Of a stretch of DNA of 64,000 nucleotides, positions 14,645 to 30,600 are shown piece by piece. The stretch is from Eledone cirrhosa (taxonomy: Eukaryota): positions 25,792,001-25,856,000 of the forward strand of contig OZ024744.1 in assembly GCA_964016885.1 (NCBI GenBank). The letters run 5' to 3'. The position numbers and the translations under genes were made by a program. The first letter of the stretch is position 1. Each line of letters starts with the position of its first letter. Below the pieces are notes generated by a model. The model worked only from the letters and a program-made list of their open reading frames with translations. It ran no database searches and was not told the DNA's origin.

Positions 14645-15928
14645 CTATATCTCTATCTCTCTCTCTACTATCTCTCTCTACATTACATCTTTGCCCTAAA
14701 TCTCTATCTCTCTCTATCCTATCTCTCTCTACAGTACATCACTCCCCTATATCTCTATCTCCTTCTCTCTCCTATCTCTCTCTACAGTACATCTCTCTGC
14801 TATATCTATATCTCCTTCTCCTTCCTATATCTCTCTACATTACATCTCTGTCCTATATATCTCTCTCTCTCTCTCCTATCTCTCTCTACAGTACATCTCT
14901 CACCTATATATATCTCTCTCTCTCCTATATTTCTATCTCTCTCCTATCTCTCACTACATTACATCTCTCACCTATATCTCTATCTCTCTCCTAACTCTCT
15001 CTACAGTAAATCTCTCCCCTATATCTTTATCACTCTCTCTTCTATCTCTCTCTTCAGTACATCTCTCCGCTATATCTCTATCTCTCTCTCTGCTATCTCT
15101 CTCTACAGTACATCTCTCCCCTATATCCCTATCTCTCTCTCTCCTATCTCTCTCTACAGTAAATCTCTCTTCTATATATTTATCTCTCTCTCCTATCTCT
15201 CCCTATATCTCTATCTCTCTCTCTCTCTCCTATCTCTCTCTACAGTACATCACTCTCCCATATCTCTCTCTATCCCTCTCCTCTCTCTCTCTACAGTACA
15301 TCTCTCACCTATATATATCTCTCTCTCTCCTATCTCTCTCTACAGTACATCTCTCACCTATATATCGCTCTCTCTCTCCTATCTCTCTCTACAGTACATC
15401 TCTCACCTATATGTCTCTCTCTCTCCTATCTCTCTCTCTCTCCTATCTCTCTCTACAGTACATCTCTCTCCTATATCTATCTATCTCTCTGTCCTATCTC
15501 TCTCTACAGTACATCACTCTCCTATATATATATCTCTCTCCTATCTCTCTCTACAGTACATCTCTCACCTATATCTCTATCTCTCTCTCACCTATCTCTC
15601 TCTGCAGTACATCTCTCCTCTATCTCTATCTCTCTATCTCTCTCTCTCTCTACAGTACATCACTCTACTATATCTCTATCTCACTCCTATCTCTCTCTAA
15701 GGTACATATCTCTCCTATATATCTCTCTCTCCTATCTCTCTCTACAATACATCACGCTCCAATATCTCTCTCTCCTCTCTCTCTCTACAGTACATCTCTC
15801 CCCTATCTCCCCCTCTCACCTATCTCTCTCTTCAGCAGATCTCTCCCCTAATTATCTCTCTCTCTCTCACCTATCTATCTCTACAGTACATCTCTCCCCT
15901 ATCTCTCTCTCTCTCTCTCTCTCTCTCC
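14645..15928. repeat. Satellite B block 1 (~51-bp CTACAGTACATC-type monomer)
   Basis: Switch from CTACTAAC units to CTACAGTACATC units. Marker TTCAGCAGAT at ~15831. Boundaries approximate. Confidence 0.9.
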
Positions 15929-17244
15929 TATTAACTCTCTCTCCCCTATATCTCCCTACCTACTCTCTCTCCCCTATATGTTCCTACTAACTCTCTCTCC
16001 CCTATATGTTCCAACTAACTCTCTCTCCCCTATATCTCACTACTAAATCTCTCTCTCCCCTATATCTCCCCACCTACTCTCTCTCCCCTATATCTCCCTA
16101 CTAACTCTCTCTCCCCTGTATCTCCCTACTAACCCTCTCTCCCCTCTATCTCCCTACTAACTCTCTCTCCCCTATATCTCACTACTAAATCTCTCTCTCA
16201 CTTATATCTCCCCACCTACTCTTTTTCCCCCATATCTCCCTACTAACTCTCTCTCCCCTATGTCTCCCTACTAACCCTCTCTCCACTATATCTCCCTACT
16301 AAAACTCTCTCTCCTATATCTCCTAACTACCTCTCTCTCTCCCCTATATCTCCCTATTAACCCTCTATCTCCCCTATATATTCGTACTAACTCTCTCTCC
16401 CCTATATCTGACTACTAACATTCTCTCCCCTATATCTTCCTAGTAACACTCTCTCCCCTATATCTCCCTACTAGCTCTCTCTCCCCTATATCTCCCTACT
16501 AACTCTCTCTCCCCTATATCACCCTACTAACACTCTCTCCCCTATATCTCCCTATTAACTCTCTCTCCCCTATATCTCCCTACCTACTCTCTCTCCCCTA
16601 TATCTCCCTTCTAACTCTCTCTCTCCTATATCTCCCTACTAACTATGGCTCCCCCCAATATCTCCCTACTAACTCTCTCTCCCCTATATCTCCCTACTAA
16701 CACTCTCTCCCCTATATCTCCCTACCTCCTCTCTCTACCCCTATATCTCCCTACTAACTCTCTCTACCCTATATCTCCCTACTAACTCTCTCTCCACTAT
16801 ATCTCCTTACTAACTCTCTCTCTCCTATATCACCCTACTAACTCCCTCTCCCCTATATCTCCCTACTAACACTCTCTTCCCTATATCTCCCTACTAACTC
16901 TCTCTCCCCTATATCTCCCTACTAACATTCTCTCCCCTATATCTCCCTACTAACTCATTCTCCCCTATATCTTCCTACTAACTCTCTCTCCCCTATATCT
17001 CCCTACCAACTCTCTCTCCCCTATATCTCCCTACTAACTCTCTCACCCCTATATCTCCCTACCATCTCTCTCCCCTATATCTCCCTACTAACACTCTCTC
17101 CCCTATATCTCCTACTAACACTCTCTCCCCTATATCTCCCTACTAACTCTCTCTCTTCCCTATATGTCCCTACTAACTCCCTCTACCCTATAACTCCCTA
17201 CCTACTCTCTCTCCCATATATATCCCTACCTACTCTCTCTCCTC

Positions 17245-18523
17245 TATATCTCTATCTCTCTCTCTACTATCTCTCTCTACATTACATCTTTGCCCTAAAT
17301 CTCTATCTCTCTCTATCCTATCTCTCTCTACAGTACATCACTCCCCTATATCTCTATCTCCTTCTCTCTCCTATCTCTCTCTACAGTACATCTCTCTGCT
17401 ATATCTACATCTCCTTCTCCTTCCTATATCTCTCTACATTACATCTCTCTCCTATATATCTATCTCTCTCTCTCCTATCTCTCTCTACAGTGCATCTCTC
17501 ACCTATATATATCTCTCTCTCTCCTATATTTCTATCTCTCTCCTATCTCTCTCTACATTACATCTCTCACCTATATCTCTATCTCTCTCCTAACTCTCTC
17601 TACAGTAAATCTCTCCCCTATATCTTTATCACTCTCTCTTCTATCTCTCTCTTCAGTACATCTCTCCGCTATATCTCTATCTCTCTCTCTGCTATCTCTC
17701 TCTACAGTACATCTCTCCCCTATATCCCTATCTCTCTCTCTCCTATCTCTCTCTACAGTAAATCTCTCTTCTATATATCTATCTCTCTCTCCTATCTTTC
17801 CCTATATCTCTTACTCTCTCTCTCTCTCCTATCTCTCTCTACAGTACATCACTCTCCCATATCTCTCTCTATCCCTCTCCTCTCTCTCTCTACAGTACAT
17901 CTCTCACCTATATATCTCCCTCTCTCTCCTATCTCTCTCTACAGTACATCTCTCACCTATATATCTCTCTCTCTCTCCTATCTCTCTCTACAGTACATCT
18001 CTCACCTATATCTCTCTCTCTCTCCTATCTCTCTCTCTCTCTCCTATCTCTCTCTACAGTACATCTCTCTCCTATATCTCTCTATCTCTCTGTCCTATCT
18101 CTCTCTACAGTACATCACTCTCCTATATATATATCTCTCTCCTATCTCTCTCTACAGTACATCTCTCACCTATATCTCTATCTCTCTCTCACCTATCTCT
18201 CTCTGCAGTACATCTCTCCTCTATCTCTATCTCTCTATCTCTCTCTCTCTCTACAGTACATCACTCTACTATATCTCTATCTCACTCCTATCTCTCTCTA
18301 AGGTACATATCTCTCCTATATATCTCTCTCTCCTATCTCTCTCTACAATACATCACGCTCCAATATCACTCTCTCTCCTCTCTCTCTCTACAGTACATCT
18401 CTCCCCTATCTCCCCCTCTCACCAATCTCTCTCTTCAGCAGATCTCTCCCCTAATTATCTCTCTCTCTCTCACCTATCTCTCTCTACAGTACATCTCTCC
18501 CCTATATCTCTCTCTCTCTCTCT
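17245..18523. repeat. Satellite B block 2
   Basis: Near copy of block 1, with the same diagnostic variants (TTTGCCCTAAA, CTAAGGTACAT, TTCAGCAGAT). Confidence 0.9.
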
Positions 18524-21039
18524 CCTACTAACTCTCTCTCCTACTAACTCTCTCTCCTACTAACTCTCTCTCCCCTATATCTCCCTACCTACTCTCTCTC
18601 CCCTACATGTTCCTACTAACTCTTTCTCCCCTATATCTCCCTACTAACTCTCTCTCCCCTATATCTCACTACTAAATCTCTCTCTCCCCTATATCTCCCC
18701 ATCTACTCTCTCTCCCCTATATCTCCCTACTAACTCTCTCTCCCCTGTATCTCCCTTCTAACCCTCTCTCCCCTATATCTCCCTACTAACTCTCTCTCCC
18801 CTATATCTCACTACTAAATCTCTCTCTCACTTATATCTCCCCACCTACTCTCTTTCCCCCATATCTCCCTACTAACTCTCTCTCCCCTATATCTCCCTAC
18901 TAACCCTTTCTCCACTATATCTCCCTACTAAAACTCTCTCTCCTATATCTCCTAACTATCTCTCTCTCTCCCCTATATCACCCTATTAACTCTCTATCTC
19001 CCCTATATATTCGTACTAACTCTCTCTCCCCTATATCTGCCTACTAACATTCTCTCCCCTATATCTTCCTAGTAACACTCTCTCCCCTATATCTCCCTAC
19101 TAGCTCTCTCTCCCCTATATCTCCCTACTAACTCTCTCTCCCCTATATCACCCTACTAACACTCTCTCCCCTATATCTCCCTACTAACTCTCTCTCCCCT
19201 ATATCTCCCTACCTACTCTCTCTCCCCTATATCTCCCTTCTAACTCTCTCTCTCCTATATCTCCCTACTAACTATCTCTCCCCCCAATATCTCCCCACTG
19301 ACTCTCTCTCCCCTATATCTCCCTACTAACACTCTCTCCCCTATATCTCCCTACCTACTCTCTCTACCTTTATATCTCCCTACTAACTCTCTCTACCCTA
19401 TATCTCCCTACCTACTCTCTCTTCCCTATATCTCCCTACTAACTCTCTCTCCCCTATATCTCCCTACTAACTCACTCTCTCCTATATCTCCCTACTAACT
19501 CTCTCTCCCCTATATCTGCCTACTAACATTCTCTCCCCTATATCTTCCTAGTAACACTCTCTCCCCTATATCTCCTTACTAACTCTCTCTCTCCTATATC
19601 ACCCTACTAACTCTCTCTCCCCTATATCTCCCTACTAACACTCTCTTCCCTATATCTCCCTACTAACTCTCTCTCCCCTATATCTCCCTACTAACATTCT
19701 CTCCCCTATATCTCCCTACTAACTCTCTCTCCCCCTATATCTCCCTACTAACATTCTATCCCCTATATCTCCCTACCATCTCTCTCTCCCCTATATCTCC
19801 CTACTAACTCTCTCTTCTCTATATCTCCTTACCAACTCTCCCTCCCCTATATCTCCCTAATCACTCTCTCTCTCTCCCCGATATCTCCCTACTAACTCCC
19901 TCTCTCCCCTATATCTCCCTATTAACTCTCTCTCCAATATATCTCCCGTCTAACTCTCTCTCCAATATATCTCCCTACTAACACTCTCTTCCCTCTATCA
20001 CCCTACTAACTCTCTCTCCCCTATATCTCCCTACTAATTCTCTCTCCCCTATATCACTCTACCTACTCTCTCTCCCCTATATCTCCCTACTAACTGTCTC
20101 TCCCCTATATCTCCCTACTAACTCTCTCTCTCCCCTATATCTCCCTACTAACTCTCTCTCCCCTATATCTCCTACTAACTCTCTCTCCCTATATCTCTCT
20201 ACTAACTCTCTCTCCCCTATATCTCGCAACTATCTCTCTCTCCCCTATATCTCCATACTAACATTCTCTCCCTTATATCTCCCTAGTAAAACTCTCTCCA
20301 CTATATCTCCCTACCAACACTCCCTCCTCTATATCTCCCTATTAACTCTCTCTCCACTATATCTCCCTGCTAACACTCCCTCCCCTATATCTCCCTACTA
20401 ACTCATTCTCCCCTATATCTCCCTACTAACTCTCTCTCCCGTATATCTCCCTACTAACTCTCTCTCCACTCTATCTCCCTACTAACTCTCTCTCCCCTAT
20501 ATCTCCCTACTAACTCTCTCTCACCCCTATATATCCCTGCTAACTCTCTCTCTCCCCTATATCTCCCTACCAACTCTCTCCCCTATATCTCCCTACTAAC
20601 TCTCTCTCCCCCTATATCTCCCTACTAACATTCTCTCCCCTATATCTCCCTACCAACACACTCTCCCCTATATCTCACTACCAACTCCCCCTCCTCTATA
20701 TCTCCCTACTAACTCTTTCTCCCGTATATATCCCTACTAACACTCTCTCCTCTATATCTCCCTAATAACTCTCTCTCTCCCTTCTATCTCCCTACTAACT
20801 CTCTCTCTCCCCTATATCTCCCTACTAATTCTCTCTCTCCTCTATATCTCCCTACTAACGTTCTCTCCCCTATATCTCCCTACTAACTCTCTCTCCCCTA
20901 TATCTCCTACTAACACTCTCTCCCCTATATCTCCCTACTAACTCTCTCTCTTCCCTATATCTCCCTACTAACTCCCTCTTCACTATATCTCCCTACCTAC
21001 TCTCTCTCCCATATATCTCCCTACCTACTCTCTCTCCTC

Positions 21040-22221
21040 TATATCTCTATCTCTCTCTCTTTTATCTCTCTCTACATTACATCTTTGCCCTAAATCTCTA
21101 TCTCTCTCTATCCTATCTCTCTCTACAGTACATCACTCCCATATATCTCTATCTCCTTCTCTCTCCTATCTCTCTCTACAGTACATCTCTCTGCTATATC
21201 TATATCTCCTTCTCCTTCCTATATCTCTCTACATTACATCTCTCTCCTATATATCTATCTCTCTCTCTCCTATCTCTCTCTACAGTACATCTCTCACCTA
21301 TATACATCTCTCTCTCTCCTATATTTCTATCTCTCTCCTATCTCTCTCTACAGTAAATCTCTCCCCTATATCTTTATCACTCCCTCTGCTATCTTTCTCT
21401 ACAGTACATCTCTCCCCTATATCCCTATCTCTCTCTCTCCTATCTCTCTCTACAGTACATCTCTCTTCTATATATCTCTCTCTCTCTCTCCTATCTCTCC
21501 CTATATCTCTATCTCTCTCTCTCTCCTATCTCTCTCTACAGTAAATCACTCTCCCATATCTCTCTCTATCCCTCTCCTCTCTCTCTCTACAGTACATCTC
21601 TCACCTATATATATCTCTCTCTCTCCTATCTCTCTCTACAGTACATCTCTCACCTATATATCTCTCTCTCTCTCCTATCTTTCTCTACAGTACATCTCTC
21701 ACCTATATCTCTCTCTCTCTCCTATCTCTCTCTCTCTCTCCTATCTCTCTCTACAGTACATCTCTCTCCTATATCTATCTCTCTCTCTGTCCTATCTCTC
21801 TCTACAGTACATCACTCTCCTATATATATATCTCTCTCCTATCTCTCTCTACAGTACATCTCTCACCTATATCTCTATCTCTCTCTCACCTATCTCTCTC
21901 TGCAGTACATCTCTCCTCTATCTCTATCTCTCTATCTCTCTCTCTCTCTACAGTACATCACTCTAATATATCTCTATCTCACCCCTATCTCTCTCTAAGG
22001 TACATATCTCTCCTATATATATCTCTCTCCTATCTCTCTCTACAATACATCACGCTCCAATATCACTCTCTCTCCTCTCTCTCTCTACAGTACATCTCTC
22101 CCCTATCTCCCCCTCTCACCTATCTCTCTCTTCAGCAGATCTCTCCCCTAATTATCTCTCTCTCTCTCACCTATCTCTCTCTACAGTACATCTCTCCCCT
22201 ATCTCTCTCTCTCTCTCTCTC
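21040..22221. repeat. Satellite B block 3
   Basis: Same diagnostic variants. TTCAGCAGAT at 22131. Confidence 0.9.
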
Positions 22222-23619
22222 CTACTAACTCTCTCTCCCCTATATCTCCCTACCTACTCTCTCTCCCCTATATGTTCCTACTAACTCTCTCTCCCCTATA
22301 TCTCACTACTAACTCTCTCTCCCCTATATCTCACTACTAAATCTCTCTCTCCCCTATATCTCCCCACCTACTCTCTCTCCCCTATATCTCCCTACTAACT
22401 CTCTCTTCCCTATATCTCCCTACTAATCCTCTCTCCCCTATATCTCCCTACTAACTCTCTCTCCCCTATATCTCACTACTAAATCTCTCTCTCACTTATA
22501 TCTCCCCACCTACTCTCTTTCCCCCATATCTCCCTACTAACTCTCTCTCCCCTATATCTCCCTACTAACCCTCTCTCCACTATATCTCCCTACTAAAACT
22601 CTCTCTCCTATATCTCCTAACTACCTCTCTCTCTCCCCTATATCTCCCTATTAACTCTCTATCTCCCCTATATATTCGTACTAACTCTCTCTCCCCTATA
22701 TCTGCCTACTAACATTCTCTCCCCTATATCTTCCTAGTAACACTCTCTCCCCTATATCTCCCTACTAGCTCTCTCTCCCCTATATCTCCCTACTAACTCT
22801 CTCTCCCCTATATCACCCTACTAACACTCTCTCCCCTATATCTCCCTACTAACTCTCTCTCCCCTATATCTCCCTACCTACTCTCACTCCCCTATATCTC
22901 CCTTCTAACTCTCTCTCTCCTATATCTCCCTACTAACTATCTCTCCCCCCAATATCTCCCTACTAACTCTCTCTCCCCTATATCTCTCTACTAACACTCT
23001 CTCCCCTATATCTCCCTACCTACTCTCTCTACCCCTATATCTCCCTACTAACTCTCTCTACCCTATATCTCCCTACCTACTCTCTCTTCCCTATATCTCC
23101 CTACCAACTCTCTCTCCCCTATATCTCCCTACTAACTCCCTCTCTCCTATATCTCCCTACTAACTCTCTCTCCACTATATCTCCTTACTAACTCTCTCTC
23201 TCCTATATCACCCTACTAAATCCCTCTCCCCTATATCTCCCTACTAACACTCTCTTCCCTATATCTCCCTACTAACTCTCTCTCCCCTATATCTCCCTAC
23301 TAACATTCTCTCCCCTATATCTCCCTACTAACTCATTCTCCCCTATATCTTCCTACTAATTCTCTCTCCCCTATATCTCCCTACCAACTCTCTCTCCCCT
23401 ATATCTCCCTACTAACTCTCTCTCCCCTATATCTCCCTACCATCTCTCTCCCCTATATCTCCTTACTAACACTCTCTCCCCTATATCTCCTACTAACACT
23501 CTCTCCCCTATATCTCCCTACTAACTCTCTCTCTTCCCTATATGTCCCTACTAACTCCCTCTACCCTATAACTCCCTACCTACTCTCTCTCCCATATATA
23601 TCCCTACCTACTCTCTCTC

Positions 23620-24881
23620 CTCTATATCTCTATCTCTCTCTCTACTATCTCTCTCTACATTACATCTTTGCCCTAAAACTCTATCTCTCTCTATCCTATC
23701 TCTCTCTACAGTACATCACTCCCCTATATCTCTATCTCCTTCTCTCTCCTATCTCTCTGCTATATCTATATCTCCTTCTCCTTCCTATATCTCTCTACAT
23801 TACATCTCTCTCCTATATATCTATCTCTCTCTCTCCTATCTCTCTCTACAGTGCATCTCTCACCTATATATATCTCTCTCTCTCCTATATTTCTATCTCT
23901 CTCCTATCTCTCTCTACATTACATCTCTCACCTATATCTCTATCTCCCTCCTAACTCTCTCTACAGTAAATCTCTCCCCTATATCTTTATCACTCTCTCT
24001 TCTATCTCTCTCTTCAGTACATCTCTCCGCTATATCTCTATCTCTCTCTCTGCTATTTCTCTCTACAGTACATCTCTCCCCTATATCCCTATCTCTCTCT
24101 CTCCTATCTCTCTCTACAGTAAATCTCTCTTCTATATATCTATCTCTCTCTCCTATATCTCCCTATATCTCTATCTCTCTCTCTCTCTCCTATCTCTCTC
24201 TACAGTACATCACTCTCCCATATCTCTCTCTATCCCTCTCTTCTCTCTCTACAGTACATCTCTCACCTATATATATCTCTCTCTCTCCTATCTCTCTCTA
24301 CAGTACATCTCTCACCTATATCTCTCTCTCTCTCTCCTATCTCTCTCTACAGTACATCTCTCACCTATATCTCTCTCTCTCTCCTATCTCTCTCTCTCTC
24401 CTATCTCTCTCTACAGTACATCTCTCTCCTATATCTATCTATCTCTCTGTCCTATCTCTCTCTACAGTACATCACTCTCCTATATATATATCTCTCTCCT
24501 ATCTCTCTCTACAGTACATCTCTCACCTATATCTCTATCTCTCTCTCACATATCTCTCTCTGCAGTACATCTCTCCTCTATCTCTATCTCTCTATCTCTC
24601 TCTCTCTCTACAGTACATCACTCTACTATATCTCTATCTCACTCCTATCTCTCTCTAAGGTACATATCTCTCCTATATATCTCTCTCTCCTATCTCTCTC
24701 TACAATACATCACGCTCCAATATCTCTCTCTCTCCTCTCTCTCTCTACAGTACATCTCTCCCCTATCTCCCCCTCTCACCAATCTCTCTCTTCAGCAGAT
24801 CTCTCCCCTAATTATCTCTCTCTCTCTCACCTATCTCTCTCTACAGTACATCTCTCCCCTATATCTCTCTCTCTCTCTCTC
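23620..24881. repeat. Satellite B block 4
   Basis: Same diagnostic variants. TTCAGCAGAT at 24791. Confidence 0.9.
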
Positions 24882-27179
24882 CTACTAACTCTCTCTCCTA
24901 CTAACTCTCTCTCCTACTAACTCTCTCTCCTACTAACTCTCTCTCCTACTAACTCTCTCTCCCCTATATCTCCCTACCTACTCTCTCTCCCCTATATGTT
25001 CCTACTAATTCTCTCTCCCCTATATCTCCCTACTAACTCTCTCTCCCCTATATCTCACTACTAAATCTCTCTCTCCCCTATATCTCCCCACCTACTCTCT
25101 CTCCCCTATATCTCCCTACTAACTCTCTCTCCCCTGTATCTCCCTTCTAACCCTCTCTCCCCTATATCTCCCTACTAACTCTCTCTCCCCTATATCTCAC
25201 TACTAAATCTCTCTCTCACTTATATCTCCCCACCTACTCTCTTTCCCCCATATCTCCCTACTAACTCTCTCTCCCCTATATCTCCCTACTAATCCTTTCT
25301 CCACTATATCTCCCTACTAAAACTCTCTCTCCTATATCTCCTAACTACCTCTCTCTCTCCCCTATATCTCCCTATTAACTCTCTATCTCCCCTATATATT
25401 CGTACTAACTCTCTCTCCCCTATATCTGCCTACTAACATTCTCTCCCCTATATCTTCCTAGTAACACTCTCTCCCCTATATCTCCCTACTAGCTCTCTCT
25501 CGCCTATATCTCCCTACTAACTCTCTCTCCCCTATATCACCCTACTAACACTCTCTCCCCTATATCTCCCTACTAACTCTCTCTCCCCTATATCTCCCTA
25601 CCTACTCTCTCTCTCTCCTATATCTCCCTTCTAACTCTCTCTCTCCTATATCTCCCTACTAACTATCTCTCCCCCCAATATCTCCCTACTAACTCTCTCT
25701 CCCCTATATCTCCCTACCTACTCTCTCTACCCCTATATCTCCCTACTAACTCTCTCTACCCTATATCTCCCTACCTACTCTCTCTTCCCTATATCTCCCT
25801 ACTAACTCTCTCTCCCCTATATCTCCCTACTAACTCCCTCTCTCCTATATCTCCCTACTAACTCTCTCTCCCCTATATCTGCCTACTAACATTCTCTCCC
25901 CTATATCTTCCTAGTAACACTGTCTCCCCTATATCTCCTTACTAACTCTCTCTCTCCTATATCACCCTACTAACTCTCTCTCCCCTATATCTCCCTACTA
26001 ACACTCTCTTCCCTATATCTCCCTACTAACTCTCTCTCCCCTATATCTCCCTACTAACATTCTCTCCCCTATATCTCCCTACTAACTCTCTCTCCCCCTA
26101 TATCTCCCAACTAACATTCTATCCCCTATATCTCCCTACCATCTCTCTCTCCCCTATATCTCCCTACTAACTCTCTCTTCTCTATATCTCCTTACCAAAT
26201 CTCCCTCCCCTATATCTCCCTAATCACTCTCTCTCTCGCCCCGATATCTCCCTACTAACTCTCTCTCTCCCCTATATCTCCCTATTAACTCTCTCTCCAA
26301 TATATCTCCCGTCTAACTCTCTCTCCAATATATCTCCCTACTAACACTCTCTTCCCTCTATCACCCTACTAACTCTCTCTCTCCTATATCTCCCTACCAA
26401 TTCTCTCTCCCCTATATCACTCTACCTACTCTCTCTCCCCTATATCTCCCTACTAACTGTCTCTCTCCAATATCTCCCTACTAACTCTCTCTCTCCCCTA
26501 TATCTCCCTACTAACTCTCTCTCTCCCCTATATCTCCCTACTAACTCTCTCTCCCCTATATCTCCTACTAACTCTCTCTCCCTATATCTCTCTACTAACT
26601 CTCTCTCCCCTATATCTCGCAACTAACTCTCTCTCCCCTATATCTCCATACTAACATTCTCTCCCTTATATCTCCCTAGTAACACTCTCTCCACTATATC
26701 TCCCTACCAACACTCCCTCCTCTATATCTCCCTATTAACTCTCTCTCCAATATATCTCCCGTCTAACTCTCTCTCCACTATATCTCCCTACTAACTCTCT
26801 CTCCCCTATATCTCCCTACTAACTCTCTTTCACCGCTATATATCCCTGCTAACTCTCTCTCTCCCCTATATCTCCCTACCAACTCTCTCCCCTATATCTC
26901 CCTACTAACTCTCTCTCCCCCTATATCTCCCTACTAACATTCTCTCCCCTATATCTCCCTACTAACACACTCTCCCCTATATCTCCCTACCAACTCCCCC
27001 TCCTCTATATCTCCCTACTAACTCTTTCTCCCGTATATATCCCTACTAACACTCTCTCCTCTATATCTCCCTAATAACTCTCTCTCTCCCTTATATCTCC
27101 CTACTAACTCTCTCTCTCCCCTATATCTCCCTACTAATTCTCTCTCTCCTCTATATCTCCCTACTAACGTTCTCTCAGC

Positions 27180-27691
27180 TATATCTCTCTCTCTCCTATC
27201 TCTCTCTCTCTCCTATCTCTCTCTACAGTACATCTCTCTCCTATATCTATCTATCTCTCTGTCCTATCTCTCTCTCCAGTACATCACTCTCCTATATATA
27301 TATCTCTCTCCTATCTCTCTCTACAGTACATCTCTCACCTATATCTCTATCTCTCTCTCACCTATCTCTCTCTGCAGTACATCTCTCCTCTATCTCTATC
27401 TCTCTATCTCTCTCTCTCTACAGTACATCACTCTACTATATCTCTATCTCACTCCTATCTCTCTCTAAGGTACATATCTCTCCTATATATCTCTCTCTCC
27501 TATCTCTCTCTACAATACATCACGCTCCAATATCTCTCTCTCTCCTCTCTCTCTCTACAGTACATCTCTCCCCTATCTCCCCCTCTCACCTATCTCTCTC
27601 TTCAGCAGATCTCTCCCCTAATTATCTCTCTCTCTCTCACCTATCTCTCTCTACAGTACATCTCTCCCCTATATCTCTCTCTCTCTCTCTC
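27180..27691. repeat. Satellite B block 5 (left-truncated)
   Basis: Only the right part of the block is present. TTCAGCAGAT at 27601. Confidence 0.85.
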
Positions 27692-30600
27692 CTACTAACT
27701 CTCTCTCCCCTATATCTCCCTACCTACTCTCTCTCCCCTATATGTTCCTACTAACTCTCTCTCCCCTATATCTCCCTACTAACTCTCTCTCCCCTATATC
27801 TCACTACTAAATCTCTCTCTCCCCTATATCTCCCCACCTACTCTATCTCCCCTATATCTCCCTACTAACTCTCTCTCCCCTGTATCTCCCTTCTAACCCT
27901 CTCTCCCCTATATCTCCCTACTAACTCTCTCTCCCCTATATCTCACTACTAAATCTCTCTCTCACTTATATCTCCCCACCTACTCTCTTTCCCCCATATC
28001 TACCTACTAACTCTCTCTCCCCTATATCTCCCTACTAACCCTTTCTCCACTATATCTCCCTACTAAAACTCTCTCTCCTATATCTCCTAACTACCTCTCT
28101 CTCTCCCCTATATCTCCCTATTAACTCTCTATCTCCCCTATATATTCGTACTAACTCTCTCTCCCCTATATCTGCCTACTAACATTCTCTCCCCTATATC
28201 TTCCTAGTAACACTCTCTCCCCTATATCTCCCTACTAGCTCTCTCTCCCCTATATCTCCCTACTAACTCTCTCTCCCCTATATCACCCTACTAACACTCT
28301 CTCCCCTATATCTCCCTACTAACTCTCTCTCCCCTATATCTCCCTACCTACTCTCTCTCCCCTATATCTCCCTTCTAACTCTCTCTCTCCTATATCTCCC
28401 TACTAACTATCTCTCCCCCCAATATCTCCCTACTAACTCTCTCTCCCCTATATCTCCCTACCTACTCTCTCTACCCCTATATCTCCCTACTAACTCTCTC
28501 TACCCTATATCTCCCTACCTACTCTCTCTTCCCTATATCTCCCTACTAACTCTCTCTCCCCTATATCTCCCTACTAACTCCCTCTCTCCTATATCTCCCT
28601 ACTAACTCTCTCTCCCCTATATCTGCCTACTAACATTCTCTCCCCTATATCTTCCTAGTAACACTCTCTCCCCTATATCTCCTTACTAACTCTCTCTCCC
28701 CTATATCTCCCTACTAACTCTCTCTCCCTCTATATCTCCCAACTAACATTCTATCCCCTATATCTCCCTACAATCTCTCTCTCCCCTATATCTCCCTACT
28801 AACTCTCTCTTCTCTATATCTCCTTACCAACTCTCCCTCCCCTATATCTCCCTAATCACTCTCTCTCTCGCCCCGATATCTCCCTACTAACTCTCTCTCT
28901 CCCCTATATCTCCCTATTAACTCTCTCTCCAATATATCTCCCGTCTAACTCTCTCTCCAATATATCTCCCTACTAACACTCTCTTCCCTCTATCACCCTA
29001 CTAACTCTCTCTCTCCTATATCTCCCTACCAATTCTCTCTCCCCTATATCACTCTACCTACTCTCTCTCCCCTATATCTCCCTACTAACTGTCTCTCTCC
29101 AATATCTCCCTACTAACTCTCTCTCTCCCCTATATCTCCCTACTAACTCTCTCTCTCCCCTATATCTCCCTACTAACTCTCTCTCCCCTATATCTCCTAC
29201 TAACTCTCTCTCCCTATATCTCTCTACTAACTCTCTCTCCCCTGTATCTCCCTTCTAACCCTCTCTCCCCTATATCTCCCTACTAACTCTCTCTCCCCTA
29301 TATCTCACTACTAAATCTCTCTCTCACTTATATCTCCCCACCTACTCTCTTTCCCCCATATCTCCCTACTAACTCTCTCTCCCCTATATCTCCCTACTAA
29401 CCCTTTCTCCACTATATCTCCCTACTAAAACTCTCTCTCCTATATCTCCTAACTACCTCTCTCTCTCCCCTATATCTCCCTATTAACTCTCTATCTCCCC
29501 TATATATTCGTACTAACTCTCTCTCCCCTATATCTGCCTACTAACATTCTCTCCCCTATATCTTCCTAGTAACACTCTCTCCCCTATATCTCCCTCAAAG
29601 CTCTCTCTCCCCTATATCTCCCTACTAACTCTCTCTCCCCTATATCACCCTACTAACACTCTCTCCCCTATATCTCCCTACTAACTCTCTCTCCCCTATA
29701 TCTCCCTACCTACTCTCTCTCCCCTATATCTCCCTTCTAACTCTCTCTCTCCTATATCTCCCTACTAACTATCTCTCCCCCCAATATCTCCCTACTAACT
29801 CTCTCTCCCCTATATCTCCCTACCTACTCTCTCTACCCCTATATCTCCCTACTAACTCTCTCTACCTTATATCTCCCTACCTACTCTCTCTTCCCTATAT
29901 CTCCCTACTAACTCTCTCTCCCCTATATCTCCCTACTAACTCCCTCTCTCCTATATCTCCCTACTAACTCTCTCTCCCCTATATCTGCCTACTAACATTC
30001 TCTCCCCTATATCTTCCTAGTAACACTCTCTCCCCTATATCTCCTTACTAACTCTCTCTCTCCTATATCACCCTACTAACTCTCTCTCCCCTATATCTCC
30101 CTACTAACACTCTCTTCCCTATATCTCCCTACTAACTCTCTCTCCCCTATATCTCCCTACTAACATTCTCTCCCCTATATCTCCCTACTAACTCTCTCTC
30201 CCCCTATATCTCCCTACTAACATTCTATCCCCTATATCTCCCTACCATCTCTCTCTCCCCTATATCTCCCTACTAACCCTCTCTTCTCTATATCTCCTTA
30301 CCAACTCTCCCTCCCCTATATCTCCCTAATCACTCTCTCTCTCGCCCCGATATCTCCCTACTAACTCTCTCTCTCCCCTATATCTCCCTATTAACTCTCT
30401 CTCCAATATATCTCCCGTCTAACTCTCTCTCCAATATATCACCCTACTAACTCTCTCTCTCCTATATCTCCCTACCAATTCTCTCTCCCCTATATCACTC
30501 TACCTACTCTCTCTCCCCTATATCTCCCTACTAACTGTCTCTCTCCAATATCTCCCTACTAACTCTCTCTCTCCCCTATATCTCCCTACTAACTCTCTCT

